NCBI GenBank assembly: GCA_037447605.1
Contig: CM074820.1
Location: 2,046,001-2,110,000 of the forward strand
Direction of reading: 5' to 3'
Length of the DNA stretch: 64,000 bases
From: Zygnema circumcarinatum SAG 698-1b
Taxonomy: Eukaryota > Plantae > Zygnematophyceae
Below, one piece after another: positions 1 to 12,398 of this stretch. The notes under the pieces are model-generated. The model worked only from the letters and a program-made list of their open reading frames with translations, was not told the origin of the DNA and did no database searches. Positions within the stretch are counted from its first letter, which is position 1. The number at the start of each line of letters is the position of its first letter. The position numbers and the translations under genes were made by a program.

Positions 1-947
1 TCAAACCTGAGAAATTTTGACGTGCCTGCCCGGCGGCGCGGTCAAGCATCAAAAGCATTATCGTACGGTTTGAAAGGACTACCGTACGGTAAGGCATTGC
101 ACGGATGGTAGGTCTTGTAGTTCCGTGGTTCCCAGTTACAGTTGAAGTTTATGGCCGTTGGCGGAATCATGTAGCAGGCCGTCCCGTGCTTTGTTTCGAG
201 CTAGCTCCGTTGAAGCCAACGCGTAACGGTGTCAGGCACACAGGACATTGACTTCGGGCAAGCAAGCAGACCGACCTCGGTGGGGAATTTCGGGCCCAGA
301 TTGCTATTGTGGCCATGAAAGCGTCCCAAAAAAGTCGCTGAAAAAGTGGTGTTCAACACCCTATACCAGTGCGCCATCCGAGGCGTCAGGAAGCCTCAAA
401 AACTTTAGCTCGGCATCATCAGTGTGTGCGACGGCAAACCTCAAAAAACATGAGGACCAATGCATGCGCTTTCTGTAGAAGAACAGATGAGGGCGGCGCC
501 ATAACTGCGCTACAATCCCTCAATATAGCAAAATTGGTCCAATGACCAGCTGGCGAGGTAATACCTACCGACGAACGATTACCCAATTGCCTGGTCAGTT
601 TCGAGTTTCATGATACAAGTCGCTTTCTCGCCTTTGTTAAAGTGGGTTTCAAACAGGAGTTATTGTTGCTGCAGTTTTTCTCTTTAAACGCATAAATTTG
701 GCCGCAAATCACCGTTTAGATTATGTTGCAGACGGTGCCCATGCACCACCTTCGTAACCAGCAAGAATTTCATCTTTCAAAAAACGCCAACAGCAACAGC
801 AAGCTTCAGAGCGACAGAAAACTTCAAGACTCGCAGCACTAGACAATGGGCACATTTGAGGGCCGTGCGGGCATACATACACTAGAAGTTTCAAAAAGGA
901 GGCTTTACATTGTAAAGTTTTTTTTTTCTTTCCCTTTTCCCTTAATG

Positions 948-3900
948 CTACACTTGCAGAGCTGCAAGAATTGGGTGAGCGAGACTTAGTACCTCGAAGG
1001 GCCGACGACCCTGCACTGCCTTCACTGTTAAGGGGCACGAATCAGAAATCCAAAAATAAGCAAACCCCGAGTGGGGCCCGTCTGCACAAACACGAGCAGA
1101 GTGCCCAAAAACTAATGAGCAAAATCACTTTAACTTTACTCATTAAAAAGGAACATATATGAATAGAACTCAAAACAAAAAAAGATAATGAAAGTGAAAA
1201 TGACAACCGATAGATTGGTTGAATGCGGATTAGAGAGAGGGCGAGGGAGAGGGCGAGGCCGAGGGAGAGGGAGAGGGCGAGGGAGAGAAGAGAGAGAAAG
1301 AGACGAGCGAGAGAGGAGAAAGAGCGAGGGGAGAAAGAGAGCAAGCCTTAAGCACTTATATGTGCCCTAATGTTGGTTGAATGGGCTTGACTGTATCGAG
1401 GGCTTACCTCCATTGTCGAAGTTGAATCGCTCCCACGAACGCTGTGGGAACACGCCGTGCGTCACGTAAGCACTCACTTTTGAGGCTCCCATGGCTGCCA
1501 ACAGCTTCTGCATATTAAAATCCAGAGGCCAAAAAATAAAATGAAAAAGTTACGAGTGGAACGCACATCGGCACGTGTTAAATTCTTTCAACTTTTCTGT
1601 CGTGGACCTATGACTCATTCACAAAGCATATTCAAAGAGATTTTAATCGATTCTCCAATAAGGAAGGATCACCCTGAAAACCTGAGTAAAAATACTAAAC
1701 GTAAGCTCCAAAAGGAGGCCATAAAATCCCGCAATTTCTGGAAGCTCCCCCAAAACTTGAAAGCCTCCGCTAACAAACCTAAGTAGCCAAAAATCCCTCA
1801 GTTCCTGACAGGGCTCTATAATTTCAATGAGAAAGGTTCAGTAAGAAAGGTTTAAGATAGGCTGACTTAAACAAAAAGGCCATCCCAAGGGGATAGGCTT
1901 CACAATGGCACAAAACCTGTCTTCACAGAGAAGTGGAATTATGAGTTATCACTCACTTGACATTCTATGAGAGTGGATCCTGATTGGACAAGATCATCCA
2001 CAATGATGACGTGGCGACCAGCGGGATCACCCTCCTTTAGTCGCACAATTCTCTTGTTTCCATTCCTTACCTTTGTACAAATAATCTGCAAATATACCTC
2101 TTAGAGCAGCATTAGCTCAGAAACTTTCGCTGTCCTTGAAGGACCCAAAAAGAGGGGACAAAGAGGCTAACATTACATCCTACATGTACCCCTTGTTACA
2201 TTCATGTTTTTTACGACCTGACGTTCTATCCTGCCGCCGTACCGTTGGATAGTGCTGCAACTGTCGATGGAATCGTTTCCATGCTCCCTCGTCAGGGAAC
2301 GCAATGGCTACCTGTTCACGCCAAAATGTTCAAAAGCAAAAAAAAAGAAGTAGAGAAAGAAAGAAGTAGAAAGTAAGTAAGTGGGAAGTAGAGTTTAGGG
2401 TGCTAAGTTCGTCAAGTAAAGAAGTCTTGGAAGGGAAGCATACTCGGGATAAGACAAGGAAGAAATAATGTAAAGGAACGCAAAAAGTTCTGACATTGAT
2501 TGACGCTCACATTATCTGCATCCGGCAGCTGGTGCAGGCGATGCTTCAAGAGTGGGATCCCACTCTCGAAACATGGCAGGACATTATCTCCAAAATAGAA
2601 CCGCTCTTGCAGGGCATGAATGTCAAAAATCACGACACTGGTCGGCCCGCCCCGCGAGATCGGAATGTTTGATATTATTCTCGACAGCGTGAATGCAGTT
2701 GCTATGTCTCCCTCATCCTCCATTCTCTCATATGTTCCAGTTGGAAAGAAGGGAAGAACCAAAGTGAAGCTGCTGACAAACATTCGGGGAAGAGCGTAAA
2801 TAATTGAAAGCTGTTCAAAAATGACTGCCGGGGAACTGAACGACGCTAAGAACGCCACGTGGCGCCCTCTGATTCCCTGTGCATTTGGGACGAAAAGGTT
2901 TGGAAATCCGTCGGCGAATTGCCTGCACACATAGAACAGGTTGAACGAATGACAAACTGACAAGCTATACTCATACTCTAGTCCCATACTAAGCACATGA
3001 AGACACGGTTGACCAGACTGTCTAGCCCTGTAACTGAACAGAAATTTCTGATATAGATAAACAGCCAGGGCATTGACAATCTCATGATAAGCTTGGTCAT
3101 TGATTTAAAGGAAGGAATCGAACTCAAAGTGACCTTCCGTCACGGCCATGAAACATCGAAAGGCAACCTAAGAACCCTAAAGTTTATCCCTAATCGTCTA
3201 TCCCTGAGAGGTTATCGATACGCATATGCATATGATTTCCCACATTTTCATCATAATCATCATTTTCAATTGCCACACGAGAAATAGCGTCTCCGCCCTT
3301 GGCCTTCACCTGACCGTAATGCTTAAGCTGCTCAACATTCAATGCGCAATACAATGTTGAGCTCAATATTTACCCCCAGGAGATGGGTCTGAGCTCAATG
3401 TTGTCCCCATCTTCCGCAATTTTCTGCGCCAACTCCTCAAATTCATCGCAGTAGAAAAGGCACACTTGCTTCTTGCTCGGTCGATCGAGAATTTGGCAAA
3501 CGAGAGGCTCCTCCTCAACACTAGGGCTCGGAAAGGTGTAAATTGAAGGCTGCGACATCGCAATCGATGCTTCCCTTTCCATGACATTTCCATTTACAGT
3601 TGTCAGTCCCGCTATGTTCATCCGTGCTTGAATCTCCATCTCCGGTGAAGAGATTGTCTCCGCCTCTTGCACTCCTATTGCCAGAGAGGCGCGTGCCGAT
3701 GCAACCCTAGAGGTTCCAGAAACCCCAAAACTGGAGAATTTCGGGATTGGCACTTGCGTGGTTGATATGGAGTATCCATGCGTGATCAGTTCAGTTGCTC
3801 GAAGCAGAAAAATATCCTTTTTTGATACTGAACGCCCTGTTTTGGCACGGCATTGTAATGGAAAATCTTTAACTACAGCTCCACGAGACCTTTTATAAGC

Positions 3901-3978
3901 CTTTCCTGGGGATGCATGGCTTCCAGCAGCACCCAGAAGCGCGGGGTTTGGAGAGAAATGCTTGGTATGCAGCGCCAT
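948..3978 (-). CDS. PRS3: Class II (phosphate-independent, PRS3/PRS4-type) ribose-phosphate pyrophosphokinase with long N-terminal extension (probable plastid targeting); 6 exons
   Basis: Spliced exons read [34 protein letters not shown] / [28 protein letters not shown]...[20 protein letters not shown]...[13 protein letters not shown] / [15 protein letters not shown] / [43 protein letters not shown] / [21 protein letters not shown] / [15 protein letters not shown]...FEVLSLA...LQV*. All introns are GT-AG with consistent phases. Confidence 0.93.
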
Positions 3979-5708
3979 TGCAGGGAGGCTTAGGATTAGG
4001 TTTGGGGTGTGAGTTAAGGTTAGGCGTGAGCGAAGTGACCGCCCATTACTAACATGAAAAAGGCCTGAGTAATTAAGAGAAATGAGAAGTTGCGACTTAA
4101 AAGGAGGGAAGAATAATGATCGTCTGAAATATTATCCTGCGCTATATAGTTAATAACTATTGAAGCGAGCTCTGAAACGGAGTTACAGATGTAGAGCAAC
4201 TGATGAACTGAACTGATGATTAGACTGATGGTTAGGGTGTAAGAACGCAGCTGGCGCTGTCAGGAGGCCTGCAAGTCAGCAGAGAAGGCAAAAAGCTTCA
4301 GAAAATAACCAGAAAGGGAGGGCCAAGGAAGATAAGGACATACACACACACAGGGAAACAAAACAACAGTCGGCATTGTCCATAAACAAACCCTAAAAAT
4401 TGAAAAAGAGAATGCACCTGCACAGGTGACCTCCACATGCTCTGAAGGAACGAACGACCTCCAAATCGGAATTATGTGAAGTTTTCAATAGCTCAAATAG
4501 AGCCACGGCTTCCAACGCATGTGCATAAAACTAACCCCCCCCTCCCTCACTCCCCCCTTTCTTTCTTTTTTAATATCACTGCACCCTCTTAGTAAAACGC
4601 TCTCAAGATGTTTCCTTTGCAGCTCAACTGCAACGAATGGATTGGATTTTGCATTGGTCTCACAATGGCAAGGCCATCAAATATACCTTATTGGACCAAA
4701 AACAGTATGCCGAACGAAGGGAAATTAGTTACAAATGATTAAAAAAAAAAAAAAAAAAGGTAAAAGCTGTAGTGGAACTCTGCTTGGTTCTGAAAGCAGC
4801 CGCCAAAAGCTTTCAGGCTGCAGAGGCTCAGGCAAAGACACCTCAACTGTTCAATCGTATTCGAAGACAGTACAGTTTGCATCACGCGTACAGAACTAAC
4901 TCCGAACCGAATACGTCTGCAAAATACCAATTTCTGGTTTGTCTGGCTTCATCGTTCCTCCTTAGGGCGGCTCTCAGTCCCCTGCCTGCAAACATAGCCA
5001 CGATCAGAAGTTGAACCGAGCAATTGAATCCAACCTCGAATCGGTACATTTTAAATGATTTATCCGGCCAGCTCGTTGTTTTCATGATACGGATTCATAT
5101 TTACTAAAGAGTGCGTATTTTTCAATTGTTCTTGTTCAGTATGAGTACTCTGCAAATCCAAGGAAGGCTCGATTGAAAGGGTTGAGATAATTTTGACTTA
5201 TACGATTTCTGTATAAACAGTTCTTTCTTTATCGAAGGACACAAAAGTTCGAATAAAAAGGTCTCGAAGCTATCCACCTTTTTTCAAATTCGGTACTTTG
5301 CAGATGAAAATTTATTTCTCGAACTAGCACTTGCGAGTTACTGGATCCGATTCAAGATTTCTCCATTTTTAGATCTTCCAAATCCATTTTGCGGCGCGGT
5401 GGCATTATTCAGAATACGTACCGAGCAATTTAGCAACCACTAGTGAAACTTGAACAAAAAAAATTCCATGATGTATTGTTTCTTATTTCTGAAGTAGTAG
5501 AAAAGCTCGCAGGAAGTACATGGCTTGAACCTTGGTCTTCGTGTGGCACTTTCCGATTCGCTAAAACGAAAGGAAATTCTCTGTGCGATTTCTTGCTGGC
5601 CGGATCAAATCAACACTGACCTGATTTGCATTCGTGCCTAAGATCAACTATTCCGATCCACCAGTGTCAATTCAGATGGAGCGATTACCTTTAGAGCTAC
5701 AGTAGACA

Positions 5709-5918
5709 TGAAAATCAACCGGAAGTAGATCTTGCATCCGATCCATTCCACAGCGCTGTTGCTGATCAACTTTAGTTCTTAAAACTGAAAATCAATCCGA
5801 GGGGGATCTTGCATTGTATCCAATCCACAGTCCTGTTGTTGATCAACTTCAGAGCTGAACCTGAAGATCAATCCGAGGTAGATCTTGCATTTTATCCATA
5901 CCACAGTGCTGTTAACAA
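5709..5918. repeat. Degenerate tandem repeat, ~76-77 bp unit x ~2.7
   Basis: Units start at 5709, 5786 and 5862 with TGAA(A/G)ATCAA..CG..G..GATCTTGCAT...ATCCA..CCACAG..CTGTT. Confidence 0.8.
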
Positions 5919-5949
5919 TGGATGACCCTTCCCCTTGAAGAGGTACAGT

Positions 5950-6440
5950 ATGGCAGCCATGGCTGCTCACTCACCCCTCCCTCTCCCCCACTTTCTTCCC
6001 CCCTCTCCCCCTTCACTGTCCAATTATGAGCAGAGACTAAACGAAGGATCAAAACGCAAAAATAATCTAAGGAATTTAGACTATTCTTGTTACGCCAGCA
6101 AATTTCCACTTTTTAGATGTACAAATAATAAAGCCGCATCCAGAAGAGCTGCAGTTAGAGCAGCATTGCCCTCTGAAGGCAGTCCGGAGGATTCAGAATC
6201 CCTGAATCCTAGTTCTAGCAGTAACCCTAATTTCGTCATTAACCCTAACTTCATCGGCTCTGCACGGAGGGACGCTGCTGGGAGCGGCGGAGTGAAGCTC
6301 AACTTCGTGAGTGAGCCACGGAAGGAGAAGGGAGGAGGAGGGGGAAGGATTCATGGCAGCAGCAGTAACATTCAGCGGCCTCGGGTGTGTGTTCGTCTCT
6401 CCCTCCTCATCCCCGCGCTCTCTCCCTCTCTGTCTCTCTC

Positions 6441-6476
<36 letters not shown>

Positions 6477-7328
6477 TCTCTCTCCCTTTCTCTCACACAC
6501 ACAGCGGCGCACACAGAGGCACACTTTCTTTCCTTTTTTACTCTATTCCCCCTCCCTAATCCTCTCTCTCTATCCTCGCTCTCTCCCGCCCCCCTTCTCT
6601 TTCTAGCCCCTTCTCCATTTCATTTTCGCCCTTTCACCCTTTCCGTATGTATGTCCCTCTCTCTCTTGACTACTCTACATATCAATGTGATGCTTGCATT
6701 GTTTTATTTAACTTTTATTTCAGATTTATATTGAATCATGAAAACTTTCCCTGATGGGATCATTCTGGTGAAGGTGGATGCGCCAGCTCCCGACGGATCA
6801 GTAATTGTACAAGCCACGCGGAGAGGGCGTGGTGGTAAAACGGTAACTGTCGTTAGTGGTCTGCAACTGAATGAGAGTTCCATGCAGGCGCTCACAAAGA
6901 AACTGAAAAATTTGTTGGGAACAGGAGGAGCGGTGAAGGATGGCAACATTGAGATTCAGGCAAACTTCCTCTAGCGCTCCTCATTGTCCGTTGTTTTTAT
7001 TTTCGATTGATTTCTTCTGTTTGAGTGCCATGGAATCGTGAAATTGCTTTCCTTCTTTTTCTACGCTTCTATGTTTATGTGGATATTGGAGGGAAGAACG
7101 ACATGAAGGATTAAGGTTATGGGGGTTTCTTCAATTTCATGGCAGTAGAGAGAAGCTTTTCAAGGAAGATACTCTTGAAGCACTGCCAACATCGTGTAAA
7201 CTTCTCTTTTTTTTTTTGAAATTTTGTCTAATATTTTGAGTGTTGGATTGTAGCAGGGCGATCAAGCGACGAAGCTTGTAGAGGAGCTCAGTAAGTTGGG
7301 ATATAAGGCTAAAAAGTCAGGCAAGTGA
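5950..7328 (+). CDS. Bacterial-type SUI1/YciH translation initiation factor, probably organelle-targeted; 5' exon junction unresolved
   Basis: Exon 6738-6959 reads VIVQATRRGRGGKTVTVVSGLQLNESSMQALTKKLKNLLGTGGAVKDGNIEIQ. Exon 7257-7328 reads GDQATKLVEELSKLGYKAKKSGK*. Together these match the cyanobacterial YciH pattern (QATRSGRKGKTVT...GTGGTVKD..IEIQGD). The Ser/Ala/Arg-rich ORF from ATG 5950 resembles a transit peptide, but how it joins the domain exon is unclear. Confidence 0.75.
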
Positions 7329-9353
7329 TGGTGGGAGAGAGGCGACGAACGCCCTTGAGTGGATAGGTCTGAGCCAAGGAGGAGGAGAGGAAAGTGGGAG
7401 AGGGAGGAGGCGAAGGAGAGTTGGGAAGGAGGGAGAAAAGGGGAGAACAGGAAGGACAAGGATGCAGGAGGAGTTTCTACCTCATGCCTTGTTGAACGTG
7501 GTTCAAATATGTATCAGACCTCAAATATGTCTTCGGATTTCTGTAATTTATCTTTTGTACATGTTCCGCTTCAAATTGATGCTCATTGTTACACAGCTAT
7601 CATGTTTGATTTTCGTTCCGTGTTCTGTGTTCTGTGTTTATGCTCCACTTTCAATGCCATGTGGAGTTTAGGGTTTTTAGGTTTTTTAGGGTTTTTTAAC
7701 GTTTTTTTAACGTTCGCAAACAGGCTCACTTCCGATGGCACGAACCATTTAAAACATTTTGTTGGACGCGGGGAGCTCTGATTGGACTATGCGTTGCAGG
7801 GCACCCTCAGTGGGGGGCGGTCAGACTCGCAAGCTGCTGTGCAAAACTTGTTCTGAAAGCAATACTTTTGCTTCTGCTTGAGCTACCACTTTGCTCGAAA
7901 TCTATATTGGTTTCGATTCTTAGTCCGACCCCCACCCCCCCCCCCCTGTTGTGTGCTGAACGCCGATTGATCCACAACGCAATCCAAACCACCAATCGAG
8001 CAGTGCGCGTGTGAGCTGCGAACATGCCCAACGCGGCCCCGCGACAAGAAAGCAACCTTGCACTGATCTCACGATGGCCATGCCATCACATGGATGCCAT
8101 TGAACGGCCTTCCTCCGTTAAGCATGAACCATTCAATCTCTATGAACATGGACCAACTTGTCACCCAAACATTTGTGCGCGCGCCCATTGGCGGATTGCA
8201 CTGGAAGTTTGTCGCTCTCTAGCGCCGCATGGCCATGGCTCGCACTTGGCGAACATGCCCAACAACTCAGAGCGGGGCTCCTATTTAAGGCAACCGGTTC
8301 ACCGCAGCCAATCATGGTTCGCCACGTGTGAAGGAAAAAAGTGTGACGGGGGCAATCTGTGATTGGATGGAGTCTCGCCCCAGGCTCGGAAGTCGACCGG
8401 CGAGCTCCAGTGTGAACAATCCCTTTCCCAAACAAGATCTACTTTTGTCCTATATAGAACCGACAAAAATGCACACGTCGGATGCGACACGTGGCATGTT
8501 CAAATTGCGGCTTGGTCGATGGAAGCGGGAGCGAGTGCCACGTGGATACAACTGTCCAAAAAATTGCCACATCATAGAAAATGACACGTGCAAGGCTCCT
8601 AGAGCAGGAGCGGCGCACAGGCGACAGTTGAGGGCCCTTTCTCGTCTGCGGGCTAGGGGAGGAACAAGAGTAAGATTAGGGCTAAGGGCCAGGGCAGACG
8701 CTGAGAGTGGGAGGGAGAGAGTGGGGAAAGGAGGAGAGGACAGGGAGGAGAGGTTGGAAGAGGGAGGGAGAGAGAAGGAGAGAGAGTGGGGGGAAAGGAG
8801 GGGCGGACAGGGAAGAGAGGGAGGAAGAGGGAGGGAGTGGGAGGGAGAGAGAGGGAGTGAAGGGGCGGACAGGGAAGAGAGGGAGGAAGAGGGAGGGAGA
8901 GAGGGAGAGAGAGAGATAGAGGGGGGAAAGGAGGAGAGGACAGGGAGGAGAGGGAGGAAGAGGGAGAGAGAAGGACAGGGCGTAGGGTTAAAGGGAGAGA
9001 AGGAAAGATAAAGAGAGAAGGGAGGAAGTGGAGAGGAGGGAGAGGAGAAAGTGGGGAGAGGGAGGGAGAGTTTGGAGGGCCGGGAGGTAGGCATCAAGGC
9101 AGAGTGTTTTCCAAAATGATGCGCCTGTTCTGGTCTTTATAAGCAGAGCCGTCTCGCCAAACTGGTGAAGGTTTCTCGCGTCACAGCGAACATACTCACT
9201 TCCGAAACAGTCCAACTCACACCCACAACTTTTTCCATCAGAGAAATTTCTCGCTTCGACCTGCTCCTCCTCTCTCCCTCCCTCCTCTCTTCCGGTTGTC
9301 CTTCCCTCTCCTTCCTCTCTTCCACGCTGTTTCGTTAAGCTAAAGCCGTCAGT

Positions 9354-10680
9354 ATGTCAGGCATAACAGTCGCTACCGGGCAAAGAATGGCTCCGGAAAC
9401 TCATACTAGTACTGATGAGAGCGGGGTAACTCCGGGATCAAGCTCTTCCGGAGCCTTCTTTAAACTATCTTTTGTACAAATTCAGCTTCTTGCCGCGGTG
9501 CTTGTTTTCTCGATGAGTGGACTAGTACCCATTGAGGAGATAGGAACAGCGATCTTTGTGTCGCTGTATACCGTGGCACTCTCTCTCTATGTGTTTCCGA
9601 ACAAGACGAGGCAGAGGCCTCCTCCTTTGTTCAACCTCCACAAATGGTTCCCTCTCTACGCAAGCGCTGGAACTGTGATCGGATTGATCTTGCCGGTGGC
9701 GTATGTCTTTGGAGGTGAGGACATCCATTTTTTTTGACACACTCTCACTCTCTTACCCGCCCCCACTCTCACTCTCTCTATCTTCTCGCTCTTCCCCCCC
9801 TCCTCTCCCCCCTCGCCCCTCCCCCTTACCTTTCCCCCCTCCCCCCCTCCCTCCTCCTCTCCTCTTAACTCTTCCTCTTATCTCTTGCCCTCTTTTTCTC
9901 CCGTTCTCCCCACTTTTCTTTCTCTTACACTTGCTTCCTTTTTCTCTCTGCATTCGTCCCTTCTATCTTTATGTGAAAAAGTAAGAGATAGTGTTGTACA
10001 TAGGTACAGTTTAGGGTTAAGAAATGCACCACTTGGTTGTTTACATTTTTGGCTAACTTCAACGTGACGCTTGATCACCTTCCTTATTTAAACCCTCTTG
10101 TGTCCCTCGTTTCCCGTTCAATGTTGTTGTGAGTGGTGCAGGATTCACAAGGGGCGACCAAAAGGCCGTGGCAGCCGCAACTCCGCACCTCTTCCTACTC
10201 GCCTGTCAACTGTTAACTGAAAACGTTGTGGTTGACTTAAACTGGGTTTCGCTTCCTGTTCGGGCCCTCATTCCTTTGCTCTACACGGCTCGCCGTCTAG
10301 TAGCGATCAATGCGTGGGTTCGTCTAATATTCGAAAAGGACCCTTTCTCGCTCGACGTCCCGGTATGGCAGCTGTTTGGGAGAGCCCTTGCTCTTGCAAA
10401 CGGAGGATTTTGGTCCATGAATCTCGCACTATTCATCATACCTATGTTCCTTCCTAGAGCTTTTGAGAAACACTTTGAGATGGAGCGAGGCTTGCGAGAG
10501 AGGGAGAGGGAGAAGGCTGAGTTGAAGGGAGAGTCAAAGGGGTCGAAGGAGAGTGATGGGAGTGAGAGGGGGAGAGGGGAAGGGGAAGAGGATGAGGGGG
10601 CGGAGGGGAGCAAGGACAAAGATGGGAGGAAGAAGGGTGGGGGATTCCTCCGGTTTTTTGATAAGAGTAAGCTCGTGTAG
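9354..10680 (+). CDS. Plant-specific uncharacterised multi-pass membrane protein (resembles the Arabidopsis At1g27990/At5g52420-type family, recalled from memory)
   Basis: Exons 9354-9714 and 10142-10680 join through a GT-AG intron to give GLILPVAYVFGGFTRGDQKAVAAATPHLFLLACQLLTEN...PVRALIPLLYTARR...FGRALALAN...FIIPMFLPRAFEKHF, with several hydrophobic helices. Confidence 0.8.
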
Positions 10681-10987
10681 GCGAGTGATGCTGGAGGGGT
10701 ATAATGCAGAACAAGACTTTTTTGTCGCTTTTATGGGAATTTTGTAAGAACACGAAGTCCCGATTTAACTTGAATTGTGCATGTTTCTGTTTCTGTTTAA
10801 CTTTGTATATATGGCGAGGACAAATTTGTGGCTTATACGAAATCGTTGCTTGGACTACACAAGGTTTTATGCTTGCTGCTATGCACAAGGGGAACTCAGG
10901 CCTGAAAAAACAGTCGTGGATGGTGTCTCGAAAGCAGTCAAGTCTGAAACATTCTTATGTTGCGGGTAAGCAGAGACCAGATGATGC

Positions 10988-11235
10988 TTGAGAGTGAGAG
11001 AGGGAAGGGGGCGAGAGAGAGTGAGGCGAGAGAGAAGAAGGGAAATAGAGAGAGTGTGTGAGAGAGGGGCTTGAGAGAGAGAGAGAAAGTGAGAGAGAGA
11101 GGGAAGGGGGCGAGAGAGAGTGAGGCGAGAGAGAAGAAGGGAAATAGAAAGAGTGTGTGAGAGAGGGGCTTGAGAGAGAGAGAGAAAGTGAGAGTGAGAG
11201 AGGGAAGGGGGCGAGAGAGAGTGAGGCGAGAGAGA
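10988..11235. repeat. ~100-bp GA-rich tandem duplication (~2.4 copies)
   Basis: AGGGAAGGGGGCGAGAGAGAGTGAGGCGAGAGAGA recurs at 11001, 11100 and 11201. Confidence 0.85.
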
Positions 11236-11794
11236 CAGATAGTGGGAGAGAGAGAAAGGAGGTTTGCAGCATCTTCATTCATCGTTAGCACGACTCTCTT
11301 TTCTCTTAGCCAACCAAAAGCGTTATCACTTCAACTTTTGCGAGAAAACATTCCACAAACAAGCTTCAAGTTTTTCAAAAGTCTTTGATCATACTATTTC
11401 ATCAAGAACTTGAAGCAGGCCTTCTTGATCTCCTGCAATGTGGCTGTAGGCGGGACTCTGCTTAACATCACACCAGAAATGGTGGTTCGTTTTTATGAGA
11501 AAGAAATTTGCGTTGGACTCACGACGGCGATGCCCATGACATGTACAGGCAGGGACAAAAGCAGCACGGGGAACCACGAGGAACAAGCGCTCACAACGGA
11601 CTTCAAGGCAAAATGAAAAACTAACGACCACATGTGAACAGGTTCCACTTTAATGAGAACGTAACGCCTCTAAGTAACGAATGAACGCTTCGCTTTACAC
11701 GTGTGTAAAAAACGGAAAAAGAAGTGGCATTGGTCTCACGATGGTGATGATGCCATCAAATAATGTCCATGGCCAAAACTATCATGTGGAACTA

Positions 11795-12278
11795 CAGTCT
11801 AATCACGTTATAGTGACACTGTTTATAAGAACAGCATGGATATACTGACTTTTTTTCCGGGAACGGAATTGCACCACGGAAGATCCTGCGCCAGTAGTGA
11901 CGCCATTACGGATATAACGACGCTGAAAAGCCCTAATTGTTACTATATGTTCAAAATGTCGATATTATCCACCCACGTATTGGAATATGCGTTACAAATA
12001 TATTACGACCGTACACACTATCGACTAAAACCGTCAGATATCGGCTTGACCGTACATATCAACTTGTCCGTACACATACTCACTAGGGTTCGTACACACC
12101 TACCCACGTGACGACTGCCCAAAAAGTACAATGTACGGTATAAAATGCGTACGGATATACCGCAAAAACATATCTAATAACATTGTTACTATAAATGTGA
12201 AATGACAAACGGGTCATTACCGATATAGTGACACAAACATGTGGGGACCGACACGGTCACTATAACGTGATTAGACTG
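11795..12278. mobile_element. Non-autonomous Tc1/mariner-type MITE, 484 bp
   Basis: Perfect 23-bp TIRs: CAGTCTAATCACGTTATAGTGAC (11795-11817) and GTCACTATAACGTGATTAGACTG (12256-12278). Both ends are flanked by TA (11793-94, 12279-80). No transposase ORF. Confidence 0.88.
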
Positions 12279-12398
12279 TACGAGGAACTGGTCCCAAAGA
12301 TCTCAGGACAAGAGGAAAAAGCTCGGAGTGAAAAACTAAAAAAACTATTATCATACGGTAGGTGTGTACAGGTCCAGTATCCGCGTGGTCGTAAAATC

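Noticed and set aside
4519-5085. Small ORFs between PRS and the YciH-like gene
   Set aside because: No ATG-led recognisable product, no splice-consistent partner exons, and AT-rich intergenic character.
7665-7700. Telomere-like TTTAGGG/TAACCC runs here and at ~51917-51937
   Set aside because: Only 2-3 degenerate units, consistent with ordinary telo-box or intronic motifs rather than interstitial telomere arrays.
8328-9097. Long ORFs rich in ERE/GRG or LSL/PPS here and at many other GA/CT tracts (e.g. 6387, 15779, 22532, 24064, 33187, 41406, 53220)
   Set aside because: They are translations of microsatellite and polypurine tracts, which lack stop codons by composition. There is no domain signal, and most lie in introns or UTRs.
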